From the NCBI RefSeq assembly GCF_006345805.1, contig NC_042999.1, positions 100,874,001 through 100,938,000 on the forward strand: a stretch of 64,000 bases of DNA. Reading direction: 5' to 3'. A program made the translations under genes and the position numbers. The notes below the pieces were generated by a model, which saw only the letters and a list, made by a program, of their open reading frames with translations, searched no databases and was not told where the DNA came from. Positions 25,130 to 37,708 of the stretch are shown here, piece by piece. Numbering within the stretch: the first letter of the stretch is position 1; each line of letters opens with the position of its first letter. Source of the DNA: Octopus sinensis (taxonomy: Eukaryota).

Positions 25130-25285
25130 TAATTGGCGTTAGGAAGGGCATCCAGCTGTAGAAACATTGCCAAATTAGACTGGAGCCTGGTGCAGCCTTC
25201 TGGCTTCCCAGAACCCCGGTCGAACCGTCCAACCCATGCTAGCATGGAGAACGGACGTTAAACGACGATGATGATGATGATGCCA
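25130..25285 (+). mobile_element. RTE 3'-tail copy, short
   Basis: ttggcgttaggaagggcatccagctgtagaaac...catgctagcatggagaacggacgttaaacgacgatgatgat. Confidence 0.85.
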
Positions 25286-25328
25286 TGATAAGCAACTGGA
25301 AACAAAGTAATATATGTGTGTGTGGGTG

Positions 25329-25371
<43 letters not shown>

Positions 25372-25985
25372 CATACATATATATATACACTCACACATAT
25401 ATATATATACACCCATACACTGAGAGAGAAGTGAGAATAAAATACTTTAATAAGCTCTGTCACAAATGTGCAAAATTGTAAAATAGCATATTGAAGTAAT
25501 AACATATACTTTATATAAAAATATATACATATGTGCTATGTGTGCCGTGTGTGTGTGTACAGTAGGTAGATGCATATAAACTAACCTACAATAATCATCT
25601 AAGTGAGATATCTAATCATAAAGAGTGCTCAACTATAAGACTATGTGAATTAAACAAGCAGGTATGGGATGAACCTCAAGTATGTCTTATAATAAAAACA
25701 CGGAAAAATGTAATCCCATGTTCCATTGAGGACATCTAGATGTTTTGCTGTCTATTCACCTTATTAGCTGCTGTTGGACTGATGATAGGAATTCATTCAG
25801 ACATACAAGATATAGCAGCTGTTGACAACATGAATAACTGCTACATAGATTTTCCATGACCAAACACATGAATGAAGTGTTCATTTACATGTCACTGAGA
25901 ATAAATAAGAGTTTTAGAAAAGTAGTGAGAAAATACCTTCGGAGTGCTCTACTTAGGAAATACAATTTGGGATGCATAAATACAA

Positions 25986-26036
<51 letters not shown>

Positions 26037-26249
26037 CATGTGACCTGGTATTTTGGGTGTTAGGCCTGTAATATTAAGGTTGTGGGTTTAAATCCTGGAT
26101 GAGGTGCATTGTGTCCTTTGAGCAACTCATTTTGTTTCACATTGCTCTAGTTTACTCAAATGACAATGAATACTAGTTGGGTGCAGGTGCAGCACTCTCA
26201 GCTTCCAGCTGTCATATTCTTAACCATCCAAACACTGAAAGCTGATATA

Positions 26250-26650
26250 GGCATAGGAGTGGCTGTGTGGTAAGTAGCTTGCTTACCAACCACATGGTTC
26301 CAGGTTCAGTCCCACTGCGTGACACCTTGGGCAAGTGTCTTCTGCTATAGCCTCGGGCCGACCAAAACCTTGTGAGTGGATTTGGTAGATGGAAACTGAA
26401 AGAAGCCCGTCGTATATATGTATATATATGTATGTATGTGTATGTGTTTGTGTGTCTGTGTTTGTCCCCCCAACATCACTTGACAACCGATGCTGGTGTG
26501 TTTACGTCCCCGTAATTTAGCGGTTCAGCAAAAGAGACTGATAGAATAAGTACTAGGCTTACAAAGAATAAGTCCTGGGGTCGATTTGCTTGACTAAAAG
26601 GTGGTGCTCCAGCATGTCCACAGTCAAATGACTGAAACAAGTAAAAGAGT
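26250..26650 (+). mobile_element. SINE family A, near full length
   Basis: High similarity to 3703-4128 along its whole length. Confidence 0.9.
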
Positions 26651-27763
26651 ATATCTGCTCAAAATTTTATCAACGTTAACTGCAAAAAGCAGTTTTACCT
26701 TATGGCTTTGAAAGAAAAATCTCTCCTTATGCTGTGAAATGCAGAGACACCCCCCCAGTGACACTTCTTAAAAAGACGAGTCTTCAGAATTTCTTAATTT
26801 CATCAAATATTTCTTTACAAAGCAAAACTTAAGTATTTTTAGCGGCAGGTATAGAAACTATCTACAGAAGATAATGATAAAGTATTGCAGAAAAGAAAAT
26901 ATCAGTTTTATTTTTTGTTGGATAATTAACATCATTATAGGAATGACCATGAACTGTAATTATGTAACCAAAGGGTCACATACACCAACAGGAACAGACA
27001 ACCTCTGACATGCACAGACATATGTGTATTCTTTATTTAGCATAAAAGTCATATTTGTTTGACTGCTGCTGCTGCTGCTACTGAAGGGGAGAGAATCACT
27101 TCAGGTTTTTTTGTTGAGGAATTTGCATCTACATTACATTAAACAGTGAAGAGCTTACTTATATTTCTATATAATTCTGTTATTCATTTCCATGAGATGT
27201 GAATGATGGAAAACAAACTAAATCTAAAGCGATATCAAAGGTTCCTCCAATAAATAGTAAACCTTAAACGTCAGTCTGTCTTAAATTGCAATATTTTCTA
27301 AAAATGGTTTTTCACTTTGGTTCTTTTTCATTGGTTGTAAACCAGTATTTGTTTTTCAATCAATAACCTAAAGCCAATATCAAAATCATCAGCTTCATCG
27401 TTAGTGGAATGGGTTGAACCAAACTTATTCACATTTTTCTATTTTAGTTATTTTTTTCTCCAGATTTATTACTTACTACATTAACCTTACCAACTAACCT
27501 ATGAGTTGGTAAAGTTACTCTATACCAAGCTGCTCAACCAGGATCCATACAACATCGTTGAGGGTTTGCACAAGCAAAATAATAGATTGGGGATCTATAG
27601 TAGTATTTTGAATGCCCATGTAAAGTTTTGATTTCAATGTATCTATTGCAAGAAACAGTTAGGTTTCTTTCTCTAACATTTTACATAGTTCAACCTATGC
27701 AAGTTAAAGTGTGAAAGACAAAATAGGAATTTTGAAAGAAGTATCAATAAAACAATTTTTTAA

Positions 27764-27983
27764 GCCTTTAACATTCAGATTATTCTGTTGAGCATAATGT
27801 TTATTTATTCAAATCAGTTTGAATTAATCATGCATTATCTCTCTGCTTCTAGACTTCAATGATGTGACAGTATATTTTTAGAATGACTTTGTATGATAGG
27901 TGTGAGAGGCTGAATTTGATCAGTTTGAACATAAAACATGTGGAATAGTTGGGTTTGATATGGCTGGTTTAAATACTAAAGGG
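27764..27983. mobile_element. Degraded piggyBac-type MITE of a second family, ~220 bp
   Basis: ttaa|gcctttaacatt ... aatactaaaggg|tcaa shows decayed CCCTTTAG-type TIRs and a decayed TTAA target site. Confidence 0.5.
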
Positions 27984-28109
27984 TCAAACAAGTGATTATG
28001 GGAGTTCTCCAGAATAAAATAGTAACCAAAAGGGTCCATAGGAGGAAAATGGTTGAGAACCATTAGAGTCAATACTCTGATTAAAAACAATTCTACAATG
28101 AGGAAATGA

Positions 28110-28490
28110 CATTATTTCAATAACTAATGTCTTTCTCTTCCAACTTGTGGTGTTTGAGACTTTTGAATGGACTGGGCAACAAATGGCAAAGTTCTTGTTA
28201 TTGTTGGCAGCTTGCCTCATAGAGGTATCAGGTGATGCCCATGAGGGTGCTTGACTTTTCCAATGCCTTAGCCTTGCCATCACCTATGGTAATGCCACAA
28301 GCATGCTGGCTTGCTTCAGTAGGTTCCATTGAACCTTGTGGTGTATGACTAACTGATGCACTTAGTGTTGCATTGATGTTTTTTCTTTCTTTGTGTGTGT
28401 GTGGGGGGGTATCTTTGTCTTTCTATTGTAAAATATATTCCTGTTCATATTCTGAATAAAAAAATTCAGTATTAATAAAAAAAAAATATC
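28110..28490 (+). mobile_element. 3' fragment of a CRE-like (restriction-like endonuclease) non-LTR retrotransposon
   Basis: Frame from 28138 reads FQLVVFETFEWTGQQMAKFLLLLAACLIEVSGDAHEGA*LFQCLSLAITYGNATSMLACFSRFH*. This matches the F.P.A.ET.G.WG...FL..L...TGD.RE..WLFQRLSLAIQRGNA.S pattern. An A-run near 28475-28487 may be the tail. Confidence 0.65.
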
Positions 28491-31400
28491 TAAACAAGTG
28501 TGGGAGATAACTCTGGCCAGGTTGCAATCTCATTCTTGGTTAATTTATGAACTTGACTGTACTTGTTGAAATATTCAAAAGTGAATGAATAAATAGAAGT
28601 ATACACTAATACCAAAAAATTGGAATATTTGGAAATAAACATATCACCAAGATAAATTATTTGGAAAGAGACTGTATGAACAACAATAATTAAATTAGTC
28701 CTAACATATTTAATGCAGGGGGCTAAAAAAATCTAATTAAAAGTAGCTTTATGGTGGGGAAAATTATTTATAATCAGATTTTTGATGATCATGGAGTAGG
28801 TCATCTAAAACAGATCTGGCCATAGGATTTCAACAGCAATAACTACATTTACAAACTACACTGAACTGGATGTTCCTCATAGCAAGCCAACACATTTGTT
28901 TCATTTTATTTATAATATTTATACTTCATGTGCAAAGAAATATAATTAACCTTGAGAAATTTTACAGGCTCCTAATCTCATCTCTTTCAGCAAATCACTA
29001 TTTTTCAAATGGTAATCTTCATTTGACATTAAGTTGGAGTCACACTCACTAGATTCTTTTCCTACATAGAGTATGAGAGTATTAGTATCTTATGAGAAAT
29101 AATAGTGATTTTGAATTTAATCTAAGAATATAATAATTACAATATATGATAATAAATGAAAATCAAATTCTTTGAATTATAGTAATTTACCAAAAAATAA
29201 TAGAATACACAAGGTTAACACTTTAGGAAGTGTCTACATTTTAATAATAACTAATCACAGAAAATTTAGGTACGTAAATTGATCATGTTAGTACTGTTTT
29301 TAATGAGTGTTACAACATCAAATTGCATTACAAATAAATAGTTTAAGAATAGCATTCTGGAAAAAGTGTAGAAAGCTACAACATAGGTTTATACATGATG
29401 CTTTTTCAAGATGAATACTGCAGTGCTATGGTTTTCTGCAGCATATCCACATTGAATAAGATATACAGAATGCTATTCTGAACTAATATTGCCTTCATCA
29501 CTAATACAAAGTAATCGGAGGGATACATCTGATCAAATCAAACATAAGTATGTTGATTTATACTTCAATGTAGATATTCAACTGTATCTCTTCAAAGACA
29601 TAAACTAAATAAACTTATGTACAAATACATGATGGGTACAGTTAAGTGCTTTAAATAGTATTTGATATGTATTTGTTTAAGGATGCAACTAAATACTGCC
29701 ACAGGCCACAAAAAAGTAAAGGACTGTTGCAGGTCATAATGTTTCATTCACAGAAGATGGACATCTACATTGATTTATAAAAAGAGTTAACTTCATTTGT
29801 TTGGCTTGTCTGGTATGAATAAATATATATTTTAAATATGTTTAAAGAACAGCTTCATTGTTCATATCAGTTAAATTTGTCTGAAATTGTCATTGTTACT
29901 ATATTTACTATCTTTCAAAACAATTTGCTAGATTTGATTTCATAACATTTCTGGTACTTTTAATTCTTTTTTAATGCTTTAGATCATGCCGTTTATATAT
30001 ATAAACTTTCTAATTGACTTATATGGCTACATATAACTTAATACTGCAGTTTATCCTTCATGCCTATGACTATGTTGAAGTATTGCGTTCAATTTGATTA
30101 GTCAAATGCTTGAGTGAAAGAGGATTTTTGAATATGTTTAAGTTTAAATTTGGAGAATAAATTCTGTTTTGCAACAGAAAACATTAAAAAATAGAAAAAA
30201 ATACATTTGACAATCTTTGAAATTTTAGTTTCCATTGAACATTTTTAAGCTGATTCAACTCAAAAGTCAAGTGTTATTTAAAGGAAGCGGTAATGTATAA
30301 GTAAAACAATGAGCTACATCACAGAGTGAAAGTTAGCAGCTTAACATTCTCATTTAATTAAAGGTATTAAACTGAAAGGAACCAATTCAGAATGAAGTGT
30401 GAGATTGAGAAGAAATTATCAATGTGTGATGAAATTCTAAAATGATTGAGATTATCAGGCAAAGCATGAAAGTTTATTTTCATTCATTAATATGGAATTT
30501 TAGAAAAAGCATTTTAAATCCATTATATTTGCAAGATGAGCCTGAATAATTAACATAAAGTTTTTGTTAGTGTATTTCCATTCAATAACTGAGGTATGCC
30601 TATAATCTTTTAGAGAAATAAGAGCATAGAAAAAGGATTTGAATAATGTTTACTGCCTTAATCATCTATTTGATATGCATACACATTGTTCTTACCTTAG
30701 ATCAGTTTTTAATCATTTGTTTTATGTCTTTGGACAACATCACTTCCATATGACATTTCTTTAGAAAGTTCTTATCCATTTTCTTCACATGTCTAAACTA
30801 CTAAAACATTTTCCTCTACTATATTGGATAGCTCTACTTCAAAGTCTGTTTTCCCTATTAGAATCTCAGATTCACAATCTATAATTAGTACATCACAATA
30901 TTTTTATATTCCTACAGTGTTTTTTACAGATTTTATTGTTTATGTGTCTTATACTGTAATAAAGCAAACTTCATGCAACTTCTCTTATAGGAAAAGAAAA
31001 TATTTACAGGAAAAAAAATTGTTTTCTAAATTTCCTACTACCATTAAAACAGTCAAGCTGATTGGGTTGCATTAATGGCAAAACTTATCTATTGCTTCCA
31101 TAATTTTTTCACTGTGCTTTTGAACAGGATATAATCTCTGTTACATAAAGCATTGTTCTGTTGTGGTTTGTTTAGAATTGTGCCTAAGTTGGCAATGTAG
31201 ATTACAATATCAAGAATATTTTTTCTATGTGTTGAAGAGAGTTATTTATTTAGATTTACCCATATTTGAGTCACAGTCTTTGATCAAGTGTTTAAACTAT
31301 TTCTGTAGTTCATTAACAATTTCTAAAACCAGAGCTAAATAATTTGAAGATAAGAATACTCTAGCACATCAAGTTGGAGTTTTATTGATAGAGTTTCAAG

Positions 31401-31659
31401 AAATACGATGAAGTAGAAGAGATAAGACGAGTTTTGACAAATTCCAATTATTATTATTTTTTTTTGCTGGAGATAATATTAATCAATCACTTATATACAC
31501 TTAACTTTCTAATTTGAGTTTATAGGAGTGTAAGAGCATATATGATGGGAAAAATTGAGTACTGGACAATTAATTAAGCAAAGTCTTGTATCCTATTACT
31601 AACATTGCAATCATAACCTGACTTATGGCTGAGTTCATCTAGCTCCTAATTATTGTTAA

Positions 31660-31850
31660 GCCCCAGGTCAGCCCTGATCTTCATTAAAAAACTTTCAAGG
31701 GCCATGATCATCCTGTCTTCTTGTATATTCAACACTATATTGTCCAAATTAGCCAACATGTCCTTCCTTTAAGACAAGAGGGATATTTGGCTGTTTGTTT
31801 CTAACAGGTCAAGCAACTATGCAGAGATTCTCTCACTGAGTAGGTAGTAC
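31660..31850 (+). mobile_element. Old interspersed repeat, family E
   Basis: Shared skeleton ggtcagccctgat...ccagccatgaccatcc...gatttggctg.tatttctagcagg. Similar decayed copies lie at about 21540-21790 (-), 34290-34480, 43230-43420 (-), 53210-53390, 53870-54060 and 54100-54270. Confidence 0.55.
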
Positions 31851-33718
31851 AGGTAGTACAGTCACACAAATGTAAAATAATTTTGTGGAGTTAAGCATTT
31901 AGCTGGCTTACAGTGCTGAGTTCAATTCATGTTACAAGAAATGTTGTTTACAGTAGATCAGCACTCTTACCAAAGAAAGATTTGTCCTTTATCTAGTTAA
32001 TGGTATGGAAACCTGAGATAAGTATTCATAATTCAGAAAATTAATGGATTAATATTGGATCATATTGTTTACCCCTTGTTGATCAAGTACACTCATAATC
32101 GAAGTTAGCTCCTTTCTTAAGAAGTTATGGTATGATTCAAGGGATATTTGGGCTGATATTTTGTCAGGTTTTGTGACCATATAGAAAGTTTCTCCATCTA
32201 ACTCATATAGGATCATGTTAAATATTCTGGCAAGATCAGCAAAATAAAAATGCATCATAGATGTATCTTATAATGCAAGTTAATTTAAGTTTAGAACTAT
32301 GATTTTACTATTTTTTTGGTGCCTTTCCACTAGGGATCAACACACACTCAATTCCATTCTATACTTAATTCTAATCTGAATCTAGAGCTGTCACATTGCC
32401 TTTTGGGGTGGGGGGTGGGGACTAGAATTAGTCATGTGAATAATCAGCTTTTCTTATCAATTTTAACTGCAATTTCTTAGCTCACTGCATCAAGTATGTT
32501 ACAGCCCACTTATGTATTAAATAGTTTGACTATTCCCTTTTTGGTGTAGGGTTTTTGTTCTCTTAAAATCTTATAACTGATACTAGTGGTGTTCAGAATT
32601 ACATAAGTTTGGTGATGAACCACTTTCTTTTGAAGACACAGCAAACTTTTTTGCATCTTTATATAGTGCTCGATCTTATTTTGTATGGTGGGTGTTCAAT
32701 AGAACCATTTCTGTAATGACTATAAAATCTAGCCTATAACTTGAAATGAATTATTCTTCAATTTCTTTACATTTTTAGTAACTCTCATATTTTTATGAAT
32801 ATAGTTTTATATTTTTTGTAATATTAATGGTGTAAGAAGTTTTGTGAACAAGGAATAATTATAAAATATAATAATTAAAACCAACATTACACTTACTAGT
32901 TTTTATCAATTAGTCAAGAGAAAGATCATCTAAATAACTTTCATTTTAATGCCAATCAAATAGCAAAATACTGGTTTCACAAGAAAAAAATAAATAAAAA
33001 GGTGTGCAACATCACATGATAAACAGTATCAAAAATCCTCCTCATTGTTTGTGTCTGTCCGAAGTACTTCATTCTTAGTCAAGCAGTGTTGATAAATATT
33101 AATTTAGAAGTTCCAAAATCTAACATATGAAGCTGGTTTGCATATAGTCTGTATTTATTATGAACTTTCAATGTCAATTTTATGTACACAAAAAATGTGT
33201 CAGGTGTAGAGTGCAATGCATACACAACTAAACTAACTGCAAATCTATTCTGTAGATAAGTCTTACAACATAATTTCTGTGCAAATGGTAGCAAAGTGCA
33301 TGTCAAAGGAAGATAAAGTAGTAGCAACTTAGTCCACTGTAACCTGATAATCCATAGAGTAAATCTGTAGTGAAGCTTGTACAGAAGTGGTAAAAGTCAA
33401 TATTCACTTCTTTTTTTATAATATCATAATTAGCTTTTGCACAGAATAGTCTCATGAACAGTCCATTATGACGTTCATTTTGAGTGAAGAGTTACAAGTC
33501 CCACCAACTTAGAAACAGAAGGTTTGGTAGTTAAATCTGGAAGGTGGTACTAACTGCAAGCAGTTTTCGAAGGAATGTTCAGTATGATGTTTGTTGTCAC
33601 TTCATACTCAACATAATACCCCAGGTTTAATACCTTACCTTATTGACAAAATATTTTCAAATCTTTTATTTTCATAATTTACATTTGATGGATATTTGTC
33701 CTCCTCTTGTTTGTTGTT

Positions 33719-33764
33719 AACACAACGTTTTGGCTGATATACCCTTCAACCTTCAACAGGTGTC
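33719..33764 (-). ncRNA. Minimal type-I hammerhead ribozyme motif with a degenerate core
   Basis: The minus strand reads GACAC-CTGTTGA-A-GGTTG-aagggtatat-CAGCC-AAAA-C-GTT-GTGTT. Stems I and II and the AACGTT palindrome are intact, but the core has two substitutions. Confidence 0.45.
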
Positions 33765-33977
33765 TTGGGGAAATTTCGAATCTGCGTTCTCATTCCTAAG
33801 GTATCTTTCAATGTTATTATTATTATTATTATTATTCAGGTCACTGCCTGGAACTCGGAATCTTGGAGTTAGTAGCCTGCACTCTTAACCATTATGCCAT
33901 ATGCCCACCATATGCATAGTGGTTAAGAGTGCAGGCTACTAACTCCAAGATTCCAAGTTCGATTCCAGGCTGTGACT

Positions 33978-34011
<34 letters not shown>

Positions 34012-34063
34012 TAACATTGAAAAATACCTTAGAAATGAGAACCCAGGTTCAAAATTTCCCCAA

Positions 34064-34105
34064 GACACCTGAAGAAGGCTGAAGGGTCAGCTGAAACATT
34101 GTGTT
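34064..34105 (+). ncRNA. Minimal type-I hammerhead ribozyme motif
   Basis: GACAC-CTGAAGA-A-GGCTG-aagggt-CAGCT-GAAA-C-ATT-GTGTT. The CUGANGA and GAAA boxes and stems I and II are intact, while the GTT triplet reads ATT. Confidence 0.55.
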
Positions 34106-36229
34106 AACAACAAACAAGATGAGGACAAATATCAGTCAAATGTAAATAATCTAAATAATGTACATAATTCCTCATCTCTTAAATATAGAACTGTCTTATT
34201 TTCTGTAAAGGTTGGGTAATATTCTACTTTATACAAAACAAACTGGATAGAGCTCATATATTTCCACATATAATTTTGGTTTTGTTGTTATTGCCAGCTC
34301 ACATTAACCAAATCTAGGATTAATAATATTCTAGCCATGACCATCCCATCTTTTATTAAGACATCATATATCTAGAACTAGATTATTTAGTGTTTTCTTC
34401 TTTTTCTTTTAAGATATTAGGATATGATTTATGGAAGATTTGGGTGCAATTTCTAGCAAGTTACCTTGAAGAAAAACCTTATAGGTTCATCTTTTATATA
34501 AGTGAGAAATAATTAATTAAAGAAATTAGCATTTTTAGTATAGTTTTATTTATTTTTATTTTTTATATCTCCTTTATAATTTTTTATCTGACAAAGAGCC
34601 CATTACAAAATATTAAAATTCTCTTCATTTTATAAGCCTATTCTTTATTGAACTGATTTTCACAGCACTGACCACACAGTTTCCTAGGACTGAATGCTTT
34701 ATTTATTCATATCTATAATCACTGAGAATTTTTAATCATTTTTCACTTCACAATTCACATGCATTGAAACAACTATCTAAATAATTATTAACAAATTCAG
34801 AAAGCTTTCTATCAATCTGGGCATATTTTCACACTAAATTCACAATATAATCTTTCTTAGGCACACTTTACTCTTCATCTGTTAATTTGCTATAAAATGT
34901 TTTAAAAACCTGTTAAATTGCTTGAGAACCATTATCTTGTAATGAAAGAAATTTCTGTCATAGAATTTTCCATTTCTGGCATTCTTCTAAACTGCTTTTT
35001 GTTTTCTCATGGTTTATAAGCATTTATCTCAGATTTCAAAATGTTTTATAGTGGTTAAATTATAATTTTTATTGCTTTTTTTCCTGTTTTTGAAATAACA
35101 CTGTTTTTAAGCCATATTTGAAAATTCCATTTGTGTTTGGAACCCTTTTCAGAACATGTTAAAATCTATCATATTTATATAACTTCAACAGCATGATTTT
35201 ATTTATAGCAAAGTTACTGAGGATGATAGATGAACATTTGCTCTAGAATAAGGAATCTCTCAGTTCAAATGCCAAACAATACTGCTATCATTTAGAAGCC
35301 ATTTTTCCCTGCTGACAATATCAAGATGATTCCTCTTAATCATTTGTGGCATTTTCCCATTATATCTGGACTACGGCATATTAAATTTGTTCATACAGGT
35401 GATATTAAGATATTTAATGGTGCTATTTGTCATGCTTCAGTAAAGCAGTATATTTTATGGTTTGGTGCACTTCCAAGCATCAACCCTTTGAAGAGAGTAT
35501 TTGAACCTAGATTTGGTCACCCCGACCAGTCAAGGTTTACTGGTTAGTGATAATGGCACAAAGGAAAAACAAAACAAGTTAAAATTCTGGAGTAAAAAAA
35601 AGTTTCTGTTACCTCTGTAATTGTTAATAAAGCAAATATTCTTGCTAATAATATATAATTATATTGATAATATCAAATAAAATCCAGATGACATCCAAAA
35701 GTTGTATTCAAATCTAAGCTTTCCTTCTAATATTTAAGCCTTTAAACAAATGGGTGTACAATATATATTAATTTCAAATGTATAGACAAAAAAATGCATT
35801 ATTTAAGATTGGAATTAAATTTATATTTTGCTCTACAAGTCAATAAAATTTATCAAGTTTATCAAACAATGAGTAATTAATAAAATTCTGATATGAACCA
35901 TTAATTATAGCAAAATACAATGGTATGCATTAAGAAAGCAGATAAGAAAAGATATAGCAAAAAGATACACAAAAAAGTTTATCACAAATGGGTATTTTCA
36001 AAAACTGCAAAGAAAAGTATATTTACTCATTTATTGTTTTATATTTTTACATTTGTTTTCCATATTATCACAGATAGGACATTTTTCTAAATTTGGATAT
36101 TGACTTGAAGTGTTAGTGTTTCTACAGTTGGATGTCACATTTTATTAATCTTGTATTGGTAAATCCAGTTATGGTATGTGACAGCACAGTAAATGCAAAC
36201 AGAAGGAATGAGGCATTGTCCACGATGAA

Positions 36230-37240
36230 GCACAAGCTAAACAGGGTGAAGTACAAGCAAAACAGAGCCAAAAAAAACAAAACAATAAAAAACCTACATA
36301 AGTGTGTGCAAAGTCATAATATGTGAAAGAAAGGAAATGGTATTGGCATTTTAGTGTCCTTTGTCAAGAAAGATGGAAGACAAGAAAGATAAAAAAAAAA
36401 AAATTGGACAGCAAAAAAGCAATGTAAGATGCTCAAAGAAGTATACTGTGCAATGGCTGACAAGAAGTGAGTACACTTGGTAGCTTCTAGTAGAGAAATG
36501 TAGACATGCATTAAGAGAAATAAATGTGGAAGCAATATGTTGAAGTGTGTGTCACATGTGTATGTGTGATTTAGTAGAAAATCAAGTGTGTAAGAGAGGT
36601 TGTGTGTATATATGTCTATATGTGGTTATCTACTATAGTGGGGAATTAAGTGTATGAAAACTTGTGGCTGTGATAATGTATGGGTTGTGTGAACAAGGTG
36701 TAAAAATGTGTGAGTGATGTGGGGTGTATAGTTGAAAAAGGTTGGTGTGGAGTAAATGTATAAGCAGTTATCAGTATGTGTATGTGTGTGTGTGACAGCA
36801 AGACAAAGGTGAGAGTACCCAAGGGAATTGAAGTAATAAGCTGTAGGCCTAAGTAGTCTGATGCTGTTGTTCAGATATCCAACAAATGTTCACTAAAGTG
36901 ACCTGTTTTGTCTATGCACAGTAGTTTAAAGATGGCATTTGATGGAAAGATGACCTAGAAATATGTAGGGTGGTGATTTCCTAGATGACGGAAAAGTTGC
37001 TAAGATGTGAGTGGAAGCAGACAAAGATCCAGATTGGGTGTGGCAAGGGGTGAAAAATCTATGGACTGGAGGATCACCCAGGTTGTGGCTGGTCCATAGG
37101 AAGGGAGAAGATATTTAGAAAATATGATAGCAGTTTCATAAGATGACATGCTAGGAAGATTGGATAGTAGAAAGGAATGTGAAAAGCAGCACAGAAAAGG
37201 AGATGTCCAAGAAAAATTCCATGGTGATGGGAGCTGTGAA
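36230..37240 (-). mobile_element. Decayed Penelope-like element (RT end, GIY-YIG, pyrimidine-rich tail)
   Basis: Minus frames give NFT...FFLDISFS and CIDKTGHFSEHLLDI. The tail aaatgccaataccatttcctttc...tgactttgcac matches the tail of the plus-strand copy at 38588-38635. Confidence 0.6.
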
Positions 37241-37245
37241 ATTTA

Positions 37246-37673
37246 AAACTCCTTCCACCCAACCATAGAATTCACATCTACCATATCCAACAACTCTGAC
37301 ATCTGTTTCTATTGACAACCTCCAGCCTATATACCTCCTTCTTTTACAAACCTATTGACTTACACCCTTACTTTGATTTCACCTCATCCCACCTCACACC
37401 AAATCCACTATCTCCTTACAATTTTTCTGCCACTGCAGCTAAGATGTTAATTCCTATAAATGGTTCACTTCTTCCTACAACTAACTTTTGGTACTACTTG
37501 TTACACTGCTGATCATACCTCACTTTGCTACCTGTACAGGTGCCACAAACTTCACTTGTTTTCGATCTCACCACCTGTGCACATCCTATAAAACTCATCA
37601 GTGCACATCCTTTAAAACTTTCATCTCTAATCTGCTACCTCTTACATCTTTCCAGAATACTCCCTCCCTCCCT

Positions 37674-37708
<35 letters not shown>

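Larger units (their letters stand above)
33676..34148. mobile_element. Palindromic element: two head-to-head tRNA-headed units, each with an (AAT)n spacer and a Penelope-type hammerhead tail
   Basis: The arms of about 230 bp are near-perfect reverse complements around 33905. Each has an A-box-like TAGTGGTTAAG, and the right arm has an intact B box GTTCGATTCC. Confidence 0.9.

Noticed and set aside
28160-28235. DWATNGKVLVIVG peptide resembling a TULP4 WD40 segment
   Set aside because: It is on the wrong strand for TULP4, has no splice sites, and another frame fits a CRE-like endonuclease much better.
29346-29479. 14-bp perfect inverted repeat (AGAATAGCATTCTG / CAGAATGCTATTCT) as a MITE or pre-miRNA
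   Set aside because: The interior does not pair, there is no target duplication or second copy, and one such match is plausible by chance in 64 kb of AT-rich DNA.
32049-32258. 69-aa minus ORF as a TULP4 exon
   Set aside because: No similarity to TULP4 and only weak splice signals.
33905-33980. tRNA gene
   Set aside because: It has A/B boxes but no convincing acceptor stem or cloverleaf, and it is the head of a repeat present in both arms of a palindrome.
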